Origin: Lophium mytilinum
Taxonomy: Eukaryota
DNA length: 64,000 nt
Assembly: GCA_010093605.1 (NCBI GenBank)
Contig: MU004181.1
Location: forward strand, 2,914,001-2,978,000
Direction of reading: 5' to 3'
Part shown: positions 1 through 11,286 of the stretch, one piece after another
Position numbering within the stretch: position 1 is the first letter of the stretch
Layout: every line of letters begins with the position of its first letter
Translations under genes and position numbers: made by a program
Notes under the pieces: generated by a model
Database searches by the model: none
What the model was told of the DNA's origin: nothing
What the model saw: only the letters and a program-made list of their open reading frames with translations

Positions 1-470
1 TCGTCTTGCTCGGGGCGCCAGTCGGATTCCACAAACTCGATCTGGGAGGCCGACTGTTGTCTCGTATCTCCCCTCGTAGTTGCAAGGCTGCTTGTGCCAG
101 CATCGTTGCTCGAATTATAACCGAAAGGGGGGCCTGCCGAGCTGGCCATGGTGTTGGAGCGGGGCTCTGATGTCTCGAAGATGAAGCTGTCGTCATCGCT
201 CTCCTCGGTATCTGCAACAGAGGACATGTCGTCGGGGGTGTTTCCGTCTACTGAAGCTAAAGACTCGGTACGCTCCTCATCGTCTGACTCAACAGAGTCG
301 TCATTGAGCAGCTCGTAGGAGCTGTCCTCCAGCGAGGACGCAGCCTCGTGTCTCTTGGTGTTGGAACGCATGGCGGGGGGTTCGGGGGCAAGACTGGCGA
401 GGGCACCGTCGACGTCGAGAGAAGGAAAGGCAAGGTCGTGGGATGACGCTGACGAGCTGCAGTGAGACAT
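1..470 (-). CDS. 5' part of a hypothetical protein with an acidic, Ser-rich N-terminus; runs off the window start
   Basis: ATG at 470 opens a frame MSHCSSSASSHDLAFPSL...ASSLEDSSYELLNDDSVESDDEERTESLASVDG that continues toward the window edge. Confidence 0.7.
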   Translation of the reverse strand, partial: MSHCSSSASSHDLAFPSLDVDGALASLAPEPPAMRSNTKRHEAASSLEDSSYELLNDDSVESDDEERTESLASVDGNTPDDMSSVADTEESDDDSFIFETSEPRSNTMASSAGPPFGYNSSNDAGTSSLATTRGDTRQQSASQIEFVESDWRPEQD

Positions 471-1439
471 GGTTAGCTGGGCACCTGGAGGAGGCAAAGG
501 TGCCGCGTCGATGAGCGTCGAGGAGCGTAGTGAAGAGGACAGGAAGAAGGCCGGAGCATACCTTTGCACGAGTGCCTTAGTCACTCTATAAGAGGACAAC
601 TACCTAGGTACGGTACCCGGAGTCGGAGGGCGATGACTGCCTAATGTATGGTAGCGAACGGGGCCTCTGGGGGAGCCTTGTGAAACGGGGTGCGGGGCAG
701 GCAGGCGGCGTCGCCAGCTCATCCGCTGCTTGTCTGGAGACGGAGAGGGACCTGAGCAGCTTGAGAGTACTGCAGCGTCAAGTGTTGAGGTGAAAGGCGT
801 ATGTATGGCGTCGTTGGGGCGGCGAGAGAGGCACTGAGGTAGTGTTGGAGTGACAGCAGCGGGGGGCTTCATTGACGGGGAGCCCCACCAGCTGCACGTC
901 TTATCGAAGCTGATAGGCAGCACCTGTCACGCTCTCCCGTGGCCCACGCATCCAGCCCAGCGATGCCCGATATATCCTCGTCGCGCTGCTTGTAGAGGCA
1001 TGCAGCGGAGAGAGGATGCGGCGTCGGGGAGCTCGCCGTTGTTCTGCTGTTGTGCATATATACATTCACCGCGTGGAGCCCTGCCTAGTCGGGCAACACG
1101 GAGCAAGGGGACACCGTGCAGTGACAAGGGCGAAAGGGCAAAGGGCACAGGGCAAAGGGCGACAGGCACTCCTCGGCCATGTACATACATGACGACAGCC
1201 GTCTCGACGTGATGCTGAATTGCTGCCCATCGAACGGCCCAAGCGGGTGAATAAATACAGTGTGCAGCCGTCCCAACTCCATGATACATCCATCCCAGAA
1301 GCGTCTCACTCCATCCAGCAAGCCCGGCCCTGCAAAACCGACGACGCGCTTTCGTCGCTGGCCACAAGACAACACAAAAAGCCATATTCGAACGGTATTA
1401 TGAAGCAGAGAACCCACACCCCTACGCCGTCTCCCGTGT

Positions 1440-3243
1440 CTATGGTGATGCCCACCCCCCTGCTACGTCCACCCATTCTGCAAGACAGCTGCCCTGCTTG
1501 CCCTCGACGTCCACAATATCCGTATCGCATTTACATCTACACCCCACGCCGTTCTCTTTCGGTGGGTCGAACGTCGCCCAGTATTCGTCCTCCTCGATTC
1601 GCTTCTTCTCATCCTTCGTTGTCTTCTCCAAGAACGGTATCCGCGGGAGCTGTCGGGCAGGCGCATTGGCCGGGCAATGCTGGATTGTCGTATGCCTATA
1701 TCCAAAGTCTCGGAAGTAATGAATGTCCTTCGGACTTAAGAGGGCTCCGGCCGCCAGTGAATGAATTGGAGCATCTCCCCACTACTCATCGTTAGCTCAC
1801 GTCTGCTTAGAGTCCAGATGAACACGTACCCGCTCCATCCAAAATCCTCCGCTGCGGTCCATCATCTCAAAGAAATCGTTGTATTCTTTACTCCGGAACC
1901 AATCCAGCCTGGCAATCTCAAAGTTACTCCAGAAATGGCACATGTTGTATTCCTCGCCCTCCATTGCGTCTAGACTGATATCCGGTAGTGATCCCGCTCC
2001 AGGTTCAGTGTTGAGGATCTCCTCCGGTAAGGGCTTCTTGTACTTCGGATCGTCTTTTGGCAGCGACTTCTTCTCGTCGGGTTTCACGGTAAACATCTCC
2101 CACAGGCCCTGTGAAGTGATGTTGTTGTTTCGCTTGAATGCCGACGCGTAGCGGAAAATGTTCGGTACTGTTTCCTTGAGCTCCTTCACCGCGATGGTGA
2201 AGCCGTACGTCTTCTTCTCGCGTTCCATGTGAATGAACGGGTCGCTGTCAAAATTAGCATTGGCCAGTAGACGGAAAAGGGATACCGCGGGAGCCTTACT
2301 AGGTGATGTCGCAGAAGTATTTAATCTCGGGCTCCAGCCTCCAATACCATTCGTACTTTTGCAGTAGCTCGTGCTTGTAGAAGAATCTGTGACAGTGTTA
2401 GCTGCGATGCTTCGCATGGGATGCAAAAGGATCAACTCACCCAGAGTAGAATCGACACATATGGTGATAGCTCTCCATACCACCGTACATGATTGCCGCA
2501 TCGCCCTGTTTCGCGATTCCCTCCTTTGCAACCGCCATGTCAGTCCACGTTGGATACCCCCACATTGTCGAATCTATCTTCCCCCATTCTACCGATCCGC
2601 TAGTATGATTCAAAATCGCCTCCTTGAATGTGGAGTTGAAGTCGCCATCGTTGAGAAACACATAGGGGTAGTGGAACCAGCGATTGAAGTGCCGTTCAAT
2701 CGATTTGATGGATTGGAGCACGCCCTCCAATTCCTTGTTCCTCGCTAGTACCACAAATGCCGCGTTTGCTCGAGGACCGTCGACCTGGGGCTCTAGGCAG
2801 CCTGTCACGAAGACTTTGTCGTACTTATCGTTGATTTTCCTATAGAAAACGTACAGTCAGCATGAGCTCAATTGTGGTATCTTAAGGCGGAGGCGATAAA
2901 AACCTTCCCGCCATTGACCTCCCAACCAATTTGGACTCGGAGTCGAAGTTCTTGAGCAGGGTTGCGTACCGTATCGATGGAGGCGCGCCCGCGGGCATCA
3001 TCATGATCCCCGGCGATTGGGGATGCCGTACGAACAGTATGAGTATTAATATTATGACCAGGCATGGAAAGAGCAGAACAATGCCTAAGGGTATCGAGAT
3101 GGACGAGTTGCCTTTTATTCGTATGCGGCGGCGGAAGAAGGCTAATCGGGGGGACAGCTTGTCCGCCCGTCGTTGTAGGTCATCGAGGCCGGGAATGCTG
3201 GGCGAGGAGGGTATCCTCTTAACGAGATTTTGTACAAGCCCCA
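1440..3243 (-). CDS. Alpha-1,2-mannosyltransferase, KRE2/KTR (GT15) family, 5 exons
   Basis: N-terminal TM helix (IPLGIVLLFPCLVIILILILFV); motifs RANAAFVVLARN, YPYVFLND, ESYHHMCRFYSG, YNMCHFWSNFEIA, GGFWMERWGDAPIHSL; GT-AG introns near 2970-2843, 2440-2389, 2297-2245 and 1826-1782. Confidence 0.92.
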
Positions 3244-4329
3244 TTTGGTTCTCGTCTTGGACCGCGATGGACGTCGACCGAGCTCGGGGGAGGCGTTGAG
3301 AAGAAGCCACTCTGGATCCAGCCAGCAGAGCGGAGCGCTCTACGGAAATTGCGGAATCACAATGAAAAGGCCGAGCGTTACACGGCGTCGGGGCTGCGAA
3401 ATAGAAACGGCGAAGGTTGTTGTGAAGATAGGGTGAGGCAGGTAACGAACGGCTGGAGAGGCCTCCAAAAAGCGAGCTCAACCCCCGACGGCGGCGGGCG
3501 GAGTTGCCAGGGGCGGGATGGCGGCAGACTCGGCGGGACGGCGGAGAGAATCGACGAGAGGGCGCACTATGGCGGAGCGTGAGGGCGGTGTCGAAGAGTT
3601 GCTGAAGCCAGGCGCTGGAGGATTCGTGCAGACTGTCGAGCAATCTGAGAAGGAGGCGAAGAGATGCCAAGACAAGCGGGCCAGGGTCTTTCGTCTTTCG
3701 TCGTCAGCTTGCGGAGACTGCACGTGCAATTCACTGCTGGGCCCGCTTAGTTTAGATGGAAGAGCAGCTGCTATGTTTCAAGCGTGAGCAGATGAAGGGC
3801 TTTGTGGCTTCATTCCGTTTTTGGCTGTCTGCTCAGCGTGCGCGGAAGCTATTACTGCGCAAGCTGTTCTCTCGTGAACCTTGAGACCACGGCCCCTTTC
3901 CTCGCCTATCCACCCGCGCGTCTGGCAATATCTCCATTGCCACCTCAACATAGGAGAAAACCCTAGCACCCAGCTACGAGCCCAATCGGCCGCCCCATCA
4001 AGTGACAGCCGCCTCGATTGCTCGGCCCGTGTGCCCATCCCGTCCGCCGTCTCTCCTAGTGCCCTCCAACGGCGTCGTGTCGCCCTTACGCGTCGAATTC
4101 GAGGATATCGCCGTGGGCTATACCACGTGACCATTGGCGATTCACCAGACGCTTGGACATCATTCACTCATCTCGACTTCACTGTGTATCAGAATCTAGT
4201 CACCACATTATTCAGCAGCACTGGAACGGCCCAAAGAGCAGAAAGCTGACACGAATCGCATTTGCGGATTGAGCCAACGTACCAACCCAACCATTCTCAT
4301 TGACGAACCTCAACACCAGCAACACTACC

Positions 4330-4824
4330 ATGAGTAACAAACTCAAAGGACTGACCTTCGAGGCCAATGAACCGGCCTTCTTGCGTCGCCTCCGCGGCGA
4401 AGCCAGCTCCGGCCGGGACCCAGCCCGTCACGAACGCCCCGTGGCCCGTCCGAAACGTGCCAAAGGCGAGGACGAGGATGATGCGCCGACCTACGTACTC
4501 GAAGACGGGAACGAATCGCTGTCAAAAGCAGAGTATGAGGCACTGATCGCTGGGAAAGACGCTGACCAAGAACTGGGCGTGGAGGGTGCTGCTTCGGGGA
4601 AGAAGGGAGACGCAGATGATGCGGAGAAAGAGGAAGCGTCGAAGCAACCATCTAAACACCAATCGATCGAAGTTGGCGCTGTCTCGAAGAAGAGGAAAGC
4701 GGTCAAGGTTGTGCAGACGAGCGATGGGGAGGACGATGCAGATGCGAAGCCGAAGAAAGCAGTCAAGAAGCCGAAAAAGAAGGCTAAAGCAGTCAAATTG
4801 TCATTCGGGGACGACGAGGGTTGA
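4330..4824 (+). CDS. DUF4604-like (KIAA1143-like) small charged protein
   Basis: N-terminal LTFEANEPAFLRRLR and C-terminal KKKAKAVKLSFGDDEG are typical of this family; single exon. Confidence 0.8.
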   Translation: MSNKLKGLTFEANEPAFLRRLRGEASSGRDPARHERPVARPKRAKGEDEDDAPTYVLEDGNESLSKAEYEALIAGKDADQELGVEGAASGKKGDADDAEKEEASKQPSKHQSIEVGAVSKKRKAVKVVQTSDGEDDADAKPKKAVKKPKKKAKAVKLSFGDDEG

Positions 4825-6010
4825 TTGTCCTCCAAATGAAATGTCATTATTAGAGCAGGACCGTTACATGCGCCTGGTCAGATATATCGGTAGGCGGCTT
4901 CGCACTCCCTCTATTTCCGGCCTCGCTGCTTCCAACATTGATTCCTGCCTTATTGCTCAACGCGCACTGACTGAGGGGAAGGCTTCAAGAGGATGCCGAG
5001 TCGAGCGACCACTTTTAGAACGCCAGAACGCCTCCGCCAGTCACGCGCACGCAATGATTCATCCTACGGCTGCAGTCCTGCCATGAACCTCATTGCTTCT
5101 TCCAGGAACAATATCACGAACGTGCCTCTGGCCCATCACCTTGTCACGGAGGGTAACATCGATGCTACGGGCTACGAGGCACTGCACGCAGGCTGGATAG
5201 AGCGTGTCCGGGTCCGCGAGATCTTATACGGCAATCGGAATCGGGGCCGTATGGATTGAAGCTCCGAGAAACATGATTCGCAATATTGTGAAGAGCAACC
5301 GTGGGGAGCTGCAGAGAGCGGAGTCAATTCAGTATATATATCAAGTATTAGTACACGGAGGCTCTTCCGTGTCTCAGTCTCCAACGTCCCTTGCAGGGCC
5401 GGCGTGGCCGATGCAGTTCGCCAAGCAGTTTCATCGTGGACCATCGTGGACGTAGATACTGTGCACCATTCGTGGCCGTTTTCCACTTCAGCCGGATCAG
5501 GCACGCCCGCACTCTCTCATACCGCTTTTGGCAAAGATAATCAGCGGTGTATGGACTCCATCGGGCTGAGATTTCAGCCTCGAGGGCCGAGATGCGCTTC
5601 GAGATGCAACCTTTTCGGCTGCCCGCCTGCATCCGGCGATTGTGGCTTGCACAAGCGACCTGACTCGAAAGCCCTATCGTAGCGTGGTGGGCCTAGCCTC
5701 AGGCAATTCAGGATCTGCAAGGGCTGTTCGAATCAGATGGTGTTGAAGGCACCATTTGGTCTTCTATTGGTCATGCAGCGAAAGGTGACAGTTCTTTCGT
5801 TCTACAAGTGAAGCTTCGTCCCCTCCCTTCAGAGATGTTATCATACATCTTGCCATCCCAGCAACATATCTTTTTGCGACCTTCTTTTGCGTATCTAGCA
5901 TTCGGTGTGTCCATTTCTTGGTCTTCGCCACCTTTCACCGCCTCTGAGAATTACCTGGAAATACGAACTCTCAATTCTACGACGACCGTCATTTAGCACT
6001 CGCATACGAT

Positions 6011-8194
6011 ATGGCCATAAATATGAGGCGAGGAACCGTCGGGGCGGAACCTAAGAAGAGAGGTCTACTGACCCGGTTCCAGACGAAGATCCACAAGAAG
6101 TCACGAAGTCTACTCTGCGACACTTGCCGTTCCATTGACATCAATTCTACGCTGCCGCTGAATTCGTCCCATGCCACTCCGCCTCTCCCTTCAAATCCAG
6201 CTTCTGCTGTGCGGACCCCCAAACCGGTTGTACTCGGCAGCTATAATGACTTGCTATCGAATGCCTCGTGTCCTTGCTGTCAACTGTTTTTGCACCTTCT
6301 ACGGCAAGATGAAGCATCGAATTCCGCTACTCTCATAAACAACGGAGACATTGGCTGTGCCACTTCGGCAAAGTACGAATTGCAGCGATCCAAGCACGGG
6401 TTTGAGGTCAAAGACGCCACAGGGACACAGGGTTATGTACTACCCGCCTCACAAGACATGCCTTCAATATCTTCCAATATCTCCTCCGGAACGCCTGTGC
6501 CAGCTCTGGACGCCGCTTGCGTCCGTGGATGGCTGTCAGACTGCGAGACTACGCACGTGACTTGCGGGATTATGGACGATTCGCTTCACACCAATGATCC
6601 GGTCGATATCATACTGATTGATGTACGGAACAACTGCATTGTCAAAGGGAACACCCATCAAAGGTACCTAGCTTTGAGCTATGCTCGTGGCGGAGTCAGA
6701 TGTCTCGAAGCCAGCAAAGCCAACTTCGATATAATCCAGAGAGATGGTGCACTGGACCAGCAGAAGCTAAGGCTCCCAAGGGTCATTGAGGACGCCATGA
6801 AACTTACCCTGTCGCTGGGTGAGAGATACCTTTGGGCTCATTGCCTAAGCATCGTACAGGATGATGATATCCACAAAAAGGCCCAGATTAATAGGATGCA
6901 TGAAATCTTTGGCCAAGCAGCTATGACGATTGTTGCCGCGACCAGAAGAGACCCACACTCAAGGCTTCCAGGTGTTGGAGCTGGAACAAGGGCTTCGTAT
7001 CTAGCCGAAAAGACAATCAAGGGAAGAACATTTGTTGCTCGCCCCGCGAACCTTCGAGCTTTGTTGGAACACGGCTCGTACGGCGACGAGGCGTGGGCGT
7101 ATCAAGAGAGGATTCTGTCTAGAAGGTGTCTTATTCTTACGCAGCACCAAGCCTACTTTCACTGCCAGACTGCGACCCAGACCGAAGCAGCAGACTGCGA
7201 CTCAGAAGATATACTCCTAGCATTAGACATGCCTTCAAACCCTCTAGCTATGGTCCAAACGGAGCGCAGTCTAGACGGCATGTCTCAACCCGACACCTTC
7301 TCGAAGGAAGCAATGAGCCTATACTCCTCCCTCGTTCAGTCATCGACCCGTCGCCATCTCTCCCACCCCACCGACCGCCTCGCTGCTTTCGCTGGCATAT
7401 CTACCATCCTGAAATCCTGCTACGGCAGTCCCTCCATAGCCGGCCTCCCCGAAGCCATCCTCGACGCTGCCCTCCTGTGGGTCGCTTCGACCCCTCAAGC
7501 TCCAACCCACCGCATCCGCTCCCTTCCCAGCTGGTCCTGGGCCTCCCACCACGGCAGCGTCGACTACCTCAGCGGTCCCCTTGCCTCCACCTTGCACAAA
7601 AACTCACCACCCATCCGCTCCGAAATCGGCGCCATAGTCCTCCGCACGCAGAAGCACCTCCATCCCGTCTCCCGCGTCTACAGCGACCTCATCCAAAAGC
7701 TCCGCATGGACTCCGCGACCACATCAGACGTAGGCGAAATCCCCACCCCCTTCATCTCCCGCGACGTCGAGACACTCTGCTTCTCCGCGCGCGTCGCAAA
7801 CGTCGATCGCTTCCACATCCGCGCCTTCGAATGGGACGCCGGGCGCGTGCTCGTGTACTCGAAAGGCTCGACGTCCACCGCGTCGCCACATCCCACCTGC
7901 TGCGGCAAGATCTGGCCCGACAACGCCGCCGCTTTCGCCGAAGCAAGGTTGGTGCTCGAGCCGGGCGTGAGGAGGGAGCTGGTGTTGCTGAGCAGTGTGC
8001 GGGTGCCGGATATGGCGGAGCATTTGGGGCTGGGGAAGCATTTTGCGGTGGGTGCGTTTGCGGCCGGGGTGCTGATGAATGTGTTGCTGGTGGAGTGGAG
8101 GGGGGATTATGCGGAGAGGATTGGGGTCGGGCAGGTTCATGAGGGGGCTTGGGAGGCGGTGGAGGAGGGGCAAAGGGGGATTGTTTTGGTTTAG
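6011..8194 (+). CDS. Heterokaryon incompatibility (HET) domain protein, intact ORF with degenerate motifs
   Basis: 727 aa ORF; N-terminal CxxC and CPCC; YLALSY, LPRVIEDA, ERYLW..LSIVQDD, AWAYQERILSRR, PSWSWAS; C-terminal VLLVEWRGDYAERIGVG. Confidence 0.88.
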   Translation: MAINMRRGTVGAEPKKRGLLTRFQTKIHKKSRSLLCDTCRSIDINSTLPLNSSHATPPLPSNPASAVRTPKPVVLGSYNDLLSNASCPCCQLFLHLLRQDEASNSATLINNGDIGCATSAKYELQRSKHGFEVKDATGTQGYVLPASQDMPSISSNISSGTPVPALDAACVRGWLSDCETTHVTCGIMDDSLHTNDPVDIILIDVRNNCIVKGNTHQRYLALSYARGGVRCLEASKANFDIIQRDGALDQQKLRLPRVIEDAMKLTLSLGERYLWAHCLSIVQDDDIHKKAQINRMHEIFGQAAMTIVAATRRDPHSRLPGVGAGTRASYLAEKTIKGRTFVARPANLRALLEHGSYGDEAWAYQERILSRRCLILTQHQAYFHCQTATQTEAADCDSEDILLALDMPSNPLAMVQTERSLDGMSQPDTFSKEAMSLYSSLVQSSTRRHLSHPTDRLAAFAGISTILKSCYGSPSIAGLPEAILDAALLWVASTPQAPTHRIRSLPSWSWASHHGSVDYLSGPLASTLHKNSPPIRSEIGAIVLRTQKHLHPVSRVYSDLIQKLRMDSATTSDVGEIPTPFISRDVETLCFSARVANVDRFHIRAFEWDAGRVLVYSKGSTSTASPHPTCCGKIWPDNAAAFAEARLVLEPGVRRELVLLSSVRVPDMAEHLGLGKHFAVGAFAAGVLMNVLLVEWRGDYAERIGVGQVHEGAWEAVEEGQRGIVLV

Positions 8195-8536
8195 GGATTG
8201 GAGATGGGAGGTGTTTTGAGCTCAAGGAGGCGTCAGGGAATGTTCTTTTGGTTGGTATGTGATGATGGACGATGCTTTCCTTGTAACGAGGAATAGGCTA
8301 GGAATAATGCATGGGACGTCTTAAAGTGTGTATCTCTTTGCAATTAAAGCGCGACGGCTGTGTTCACGAATGAAAGAAGGGGCGCCGTTCCATATGCCGT
8401 GCCTTGAACGCCTTGACCATCTTAGGCGTGATTAGGTGAGTATTGATGCGATTAGATGAATCAGAATAGAAAAACTAAGATGTTAGGTGGGTGAGTTGAA
8501 CTTCTTCAACCTTCCTGCGAACAACCTTCGCATCGA

Positions 8537-10757
8537 TCAACCAAGTAGTACAGCCTTACGCTGTGGCCTAGCTCGTAGCCAAAAGGAGACCGGGATCAGG
8601 ATCTGAGCCATATTGACCCGGTGTGCAATGCCTTCAACCCATTCAACCAAAACCACGAAAACCTTCCGCGATGAGCTACCACAATGAATTCCTGAGACGA
8701 TGGCCGCCTCAGCAGCCAATCCTCCGGCAAGCCCAAGTTTACAAGGATGTATTCTGTATGCGTTAGCACATTACCTTCGAGAAATGACATGCACGCCATT
8801 CACACCTTCGTAATCTAGCACTTTATTGCTTGGTATAAGCTTAGAGTAATACGTCGACCCCTTGAACCGCTTCTCCAATGGCAGGATGACGAATTTAGCG
8901 GCGCTAGTGTAGAACGCTAAGACATGTGGCGGTGTTTGCGCGCTACGGAGAAAGGCTTTCCAGCTCGTCCTCAGCTGGACGTCTTGGTAAACCGAAGTGT
9001 GCTCGTAGGAAAGGGTGAGACATAGCGGTCAAAGCTTCGTATCTTACCCGAATGACCTTGCCGCTTCGCGAGAGAAACCAGGCCGTCAGAACCGGATCTA
9101 CGTTCACTGGAACTGGGAAAGTGACCTTAGTAGTCGAGGAGTGGACCCAACCAGCCCAGGACCAAGATGGGAAGCCTGGTCGACGCGCCGGGATATCGTC
9201 CTCAGACCAGGTGAGACTGACTGAGAATAGCTCTCGAGGAACACCGTAGAAGAAGAGGCCTAGATATGGCCGCAGTGCCGTCGTGATTCCAGCGAATGCG
9301 TTCAATATATCTTCGATTTTCGAAAGATCTCTGCGGAGATAAGAGTTCAAGAGATGAACGTACACGTTTCGGAAGAGATCTTCCTTCGTACGCCCTTCTA
9401 AATCATCCAGATCGAGCCGCGGAAAGTCATGTCGTCGCCAGAAGAAAGGCTTCACGGCACCGAAAACCTCTAAACAGGTATCCTCGATCCAGTCGCCGAC
9501 CCCACAGCTGAAGAAGACTTGGTCGGGTAGGAATATCAGTCGGCGGCAAGACAGGACACTTTCTTGAAAGGTCCACCCACGCGAGTTCCAGGTAGACCGG
9601 TACAAATCCTCGTACACCGATGTTTGAACTGTGATCAAGTCAAGATCCTTAACCCGAACTCTGAATTGGGTGATACTGCGGCTTCTGGTTACCCCGGGTA
9701 AGCCAGAGCTGCAATCAGGCCCTGCTGCGGCGATAATGGTCAAATCCGCTCGTCGGTATATCGAATCCATGTGCATGATCTGGCTTTCCTTCTCGTCTCC
9801 CTCTTCTTCAATGATGCATAGACTGTCTACCCACAAGTGTGACTCGTTCAATAGACGGCATAAGACTATTGCGTCAGAGATTGTCCTCGGCAGTTCAACT
9901 CTGTTGAGTGCGCCAGGCTGCATGAGCGAATCCAGATTCCTGGCAGTCAGCCTAATCTGTCCAGTAACTCCCCAGACATAACTCAAAGCCAAGAAACGCT
10001 CTTCGGTTGTTGCTTCTATTATACAAGACATGTTTACGTCGATGAGGCGGAACCCGGCTTGGTGTGGCGCTGAGGATATTGCGGATTTGGGGTTACAGAG
10101 CTGTGGAGGGTGAGTTTCGTGGCAGCGTTGCAGCCATTTCGAAATCAAAACAAGATCAATGTAGCCAGATGTGATGTCTCGTCCGTGGAAGAGGTCTCCA
10201 TAGTAATCTTTCGGACTCTCCCACAACGAGGAAGAGCTAACAGTCGTCAATGGAATGATACTAATGGCGAATTGACTTTCTAAAGACTTGCTGATAAGCA
10301 ATCGACGACCACATCTACTGGACCAGTCCTCTAGGCGATATGAAGCGTACGGCTGTGAAGTTCCGGTAAGCTGGTGTTTGGTCGGTCTCCTGCGAGACTG
10401 TAGTGCAGTGGCATGATATAAGAAGCGGCAGAATGGGCAGCTGCTGTTACGAACAACCGATTCCGACTCCCAAATGATATCGTCGTCTTGATACCTGCGG
10501 ATGTCCGTGAAGAAGAACGCATGAAAGTCTAGCGTCTCACAAGTTCGACAGAAACGGTCCTCTGTGAGAGCCAGAGAGGAAGTCAGAGTATCATCTGCAA
10601 GGTCTATTGCTGCGTCGAGGCAATGTGGTGTAGAAGGATCACCCGTGTCTAAGGCAGCTGGCTCCGCGATCGGATTCTGGTAGTCCGAAAGATCGGTCTA
10701 GTGCGCGGAGTCATGCCTTTGAAAGGCTACTCTGGGTTGATAGACTGGACTAGCCAT
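8537..10757 (-). pseudogene. Second HET-domain gene, disrupted
   Basis: Canonical RFLALSYVWG, LWVDSLCI, WNSRGWTFQE, FPSWSWAGW. ATG at 10757 is in frame with the 8943-10301 ORF but has TAG at codon 20 (10698-10700). C-terminal HET-type segments (HVLAFYTSAA, LPEDW..QEFIVV, VLVEWVEGIAHRV..W..RP.R..VLLG) lie in successive different frames. Confidence 0.8.
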
Positions 10758-11286
10758 TTACTTGAAACCACGTTACTACGCACACTTTGGTTAACATCAG
10801 CTTGAGCGTAAGAGTGAGGCTATCCCTTACATCTAAACAGAGACTGTGTTCGCGTGAAAGCGAAGGGAACGTTGCCAAGGTAGATGACTTTCGGACTTTG
10901 AAACCATTGTAAGTTGGTCCGCATACATGTTGATACTCGAAATGGGTGTTTTGCGTAAGAGCTGAGGGTCATAGAAATCTCACGGTTGCCTTCAGCATCA
11001 GGCATGAGCAGGGCTGAAGATTGGCGTCTTGGCTGCAGTCCGCTTATATTACCCCACGCGGCTCAGCTGCATGTCACTCGTGGCGATCGTGGTGTCTTCC
11101 GAAAACCGTCAAATTCCAATGTACTGATTTAAGAGCAATTACTTCATAATCGTGCAAGTAGCAATTGTAGAGACCAAGGTGGCCTTAACCTCTGCGATCC
11201 TCGAGCCCGTGTCGTGGAATTTTGCTTCACTTTTAAAGTGCTCATGCTTGATCTTTGTAGCGTAATACTTTCTCGCGGTATGTCTG

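Noticed and set aside
1126..1162. Short AAAGGGC-type tandem repeats
   Set aside because: Low-complexity UTR/intergenic repeat with no further structure
3244..3670. In-frame upstream extension of the mannosyltransferase ORF (262-aa ORF call)
   Set aside because: Non-ATG start in a GC-rich leader with low-complexity translation; ATG 3243 gives a normal type II membrane N-terminus
4850..5750. Several 80-166 aa ORFs between DUF4604 and HET1
   Set aside because: No recognisable motifs or consistent splice structure; a degraded gene is possible but unsupported
7126..8225. Long overlapping ORFs (338, 149 and 157 aa) over HET1
   Set aside because: Shadow frames caused by skewed codon usage; Arg/Pro-rich with no motifs
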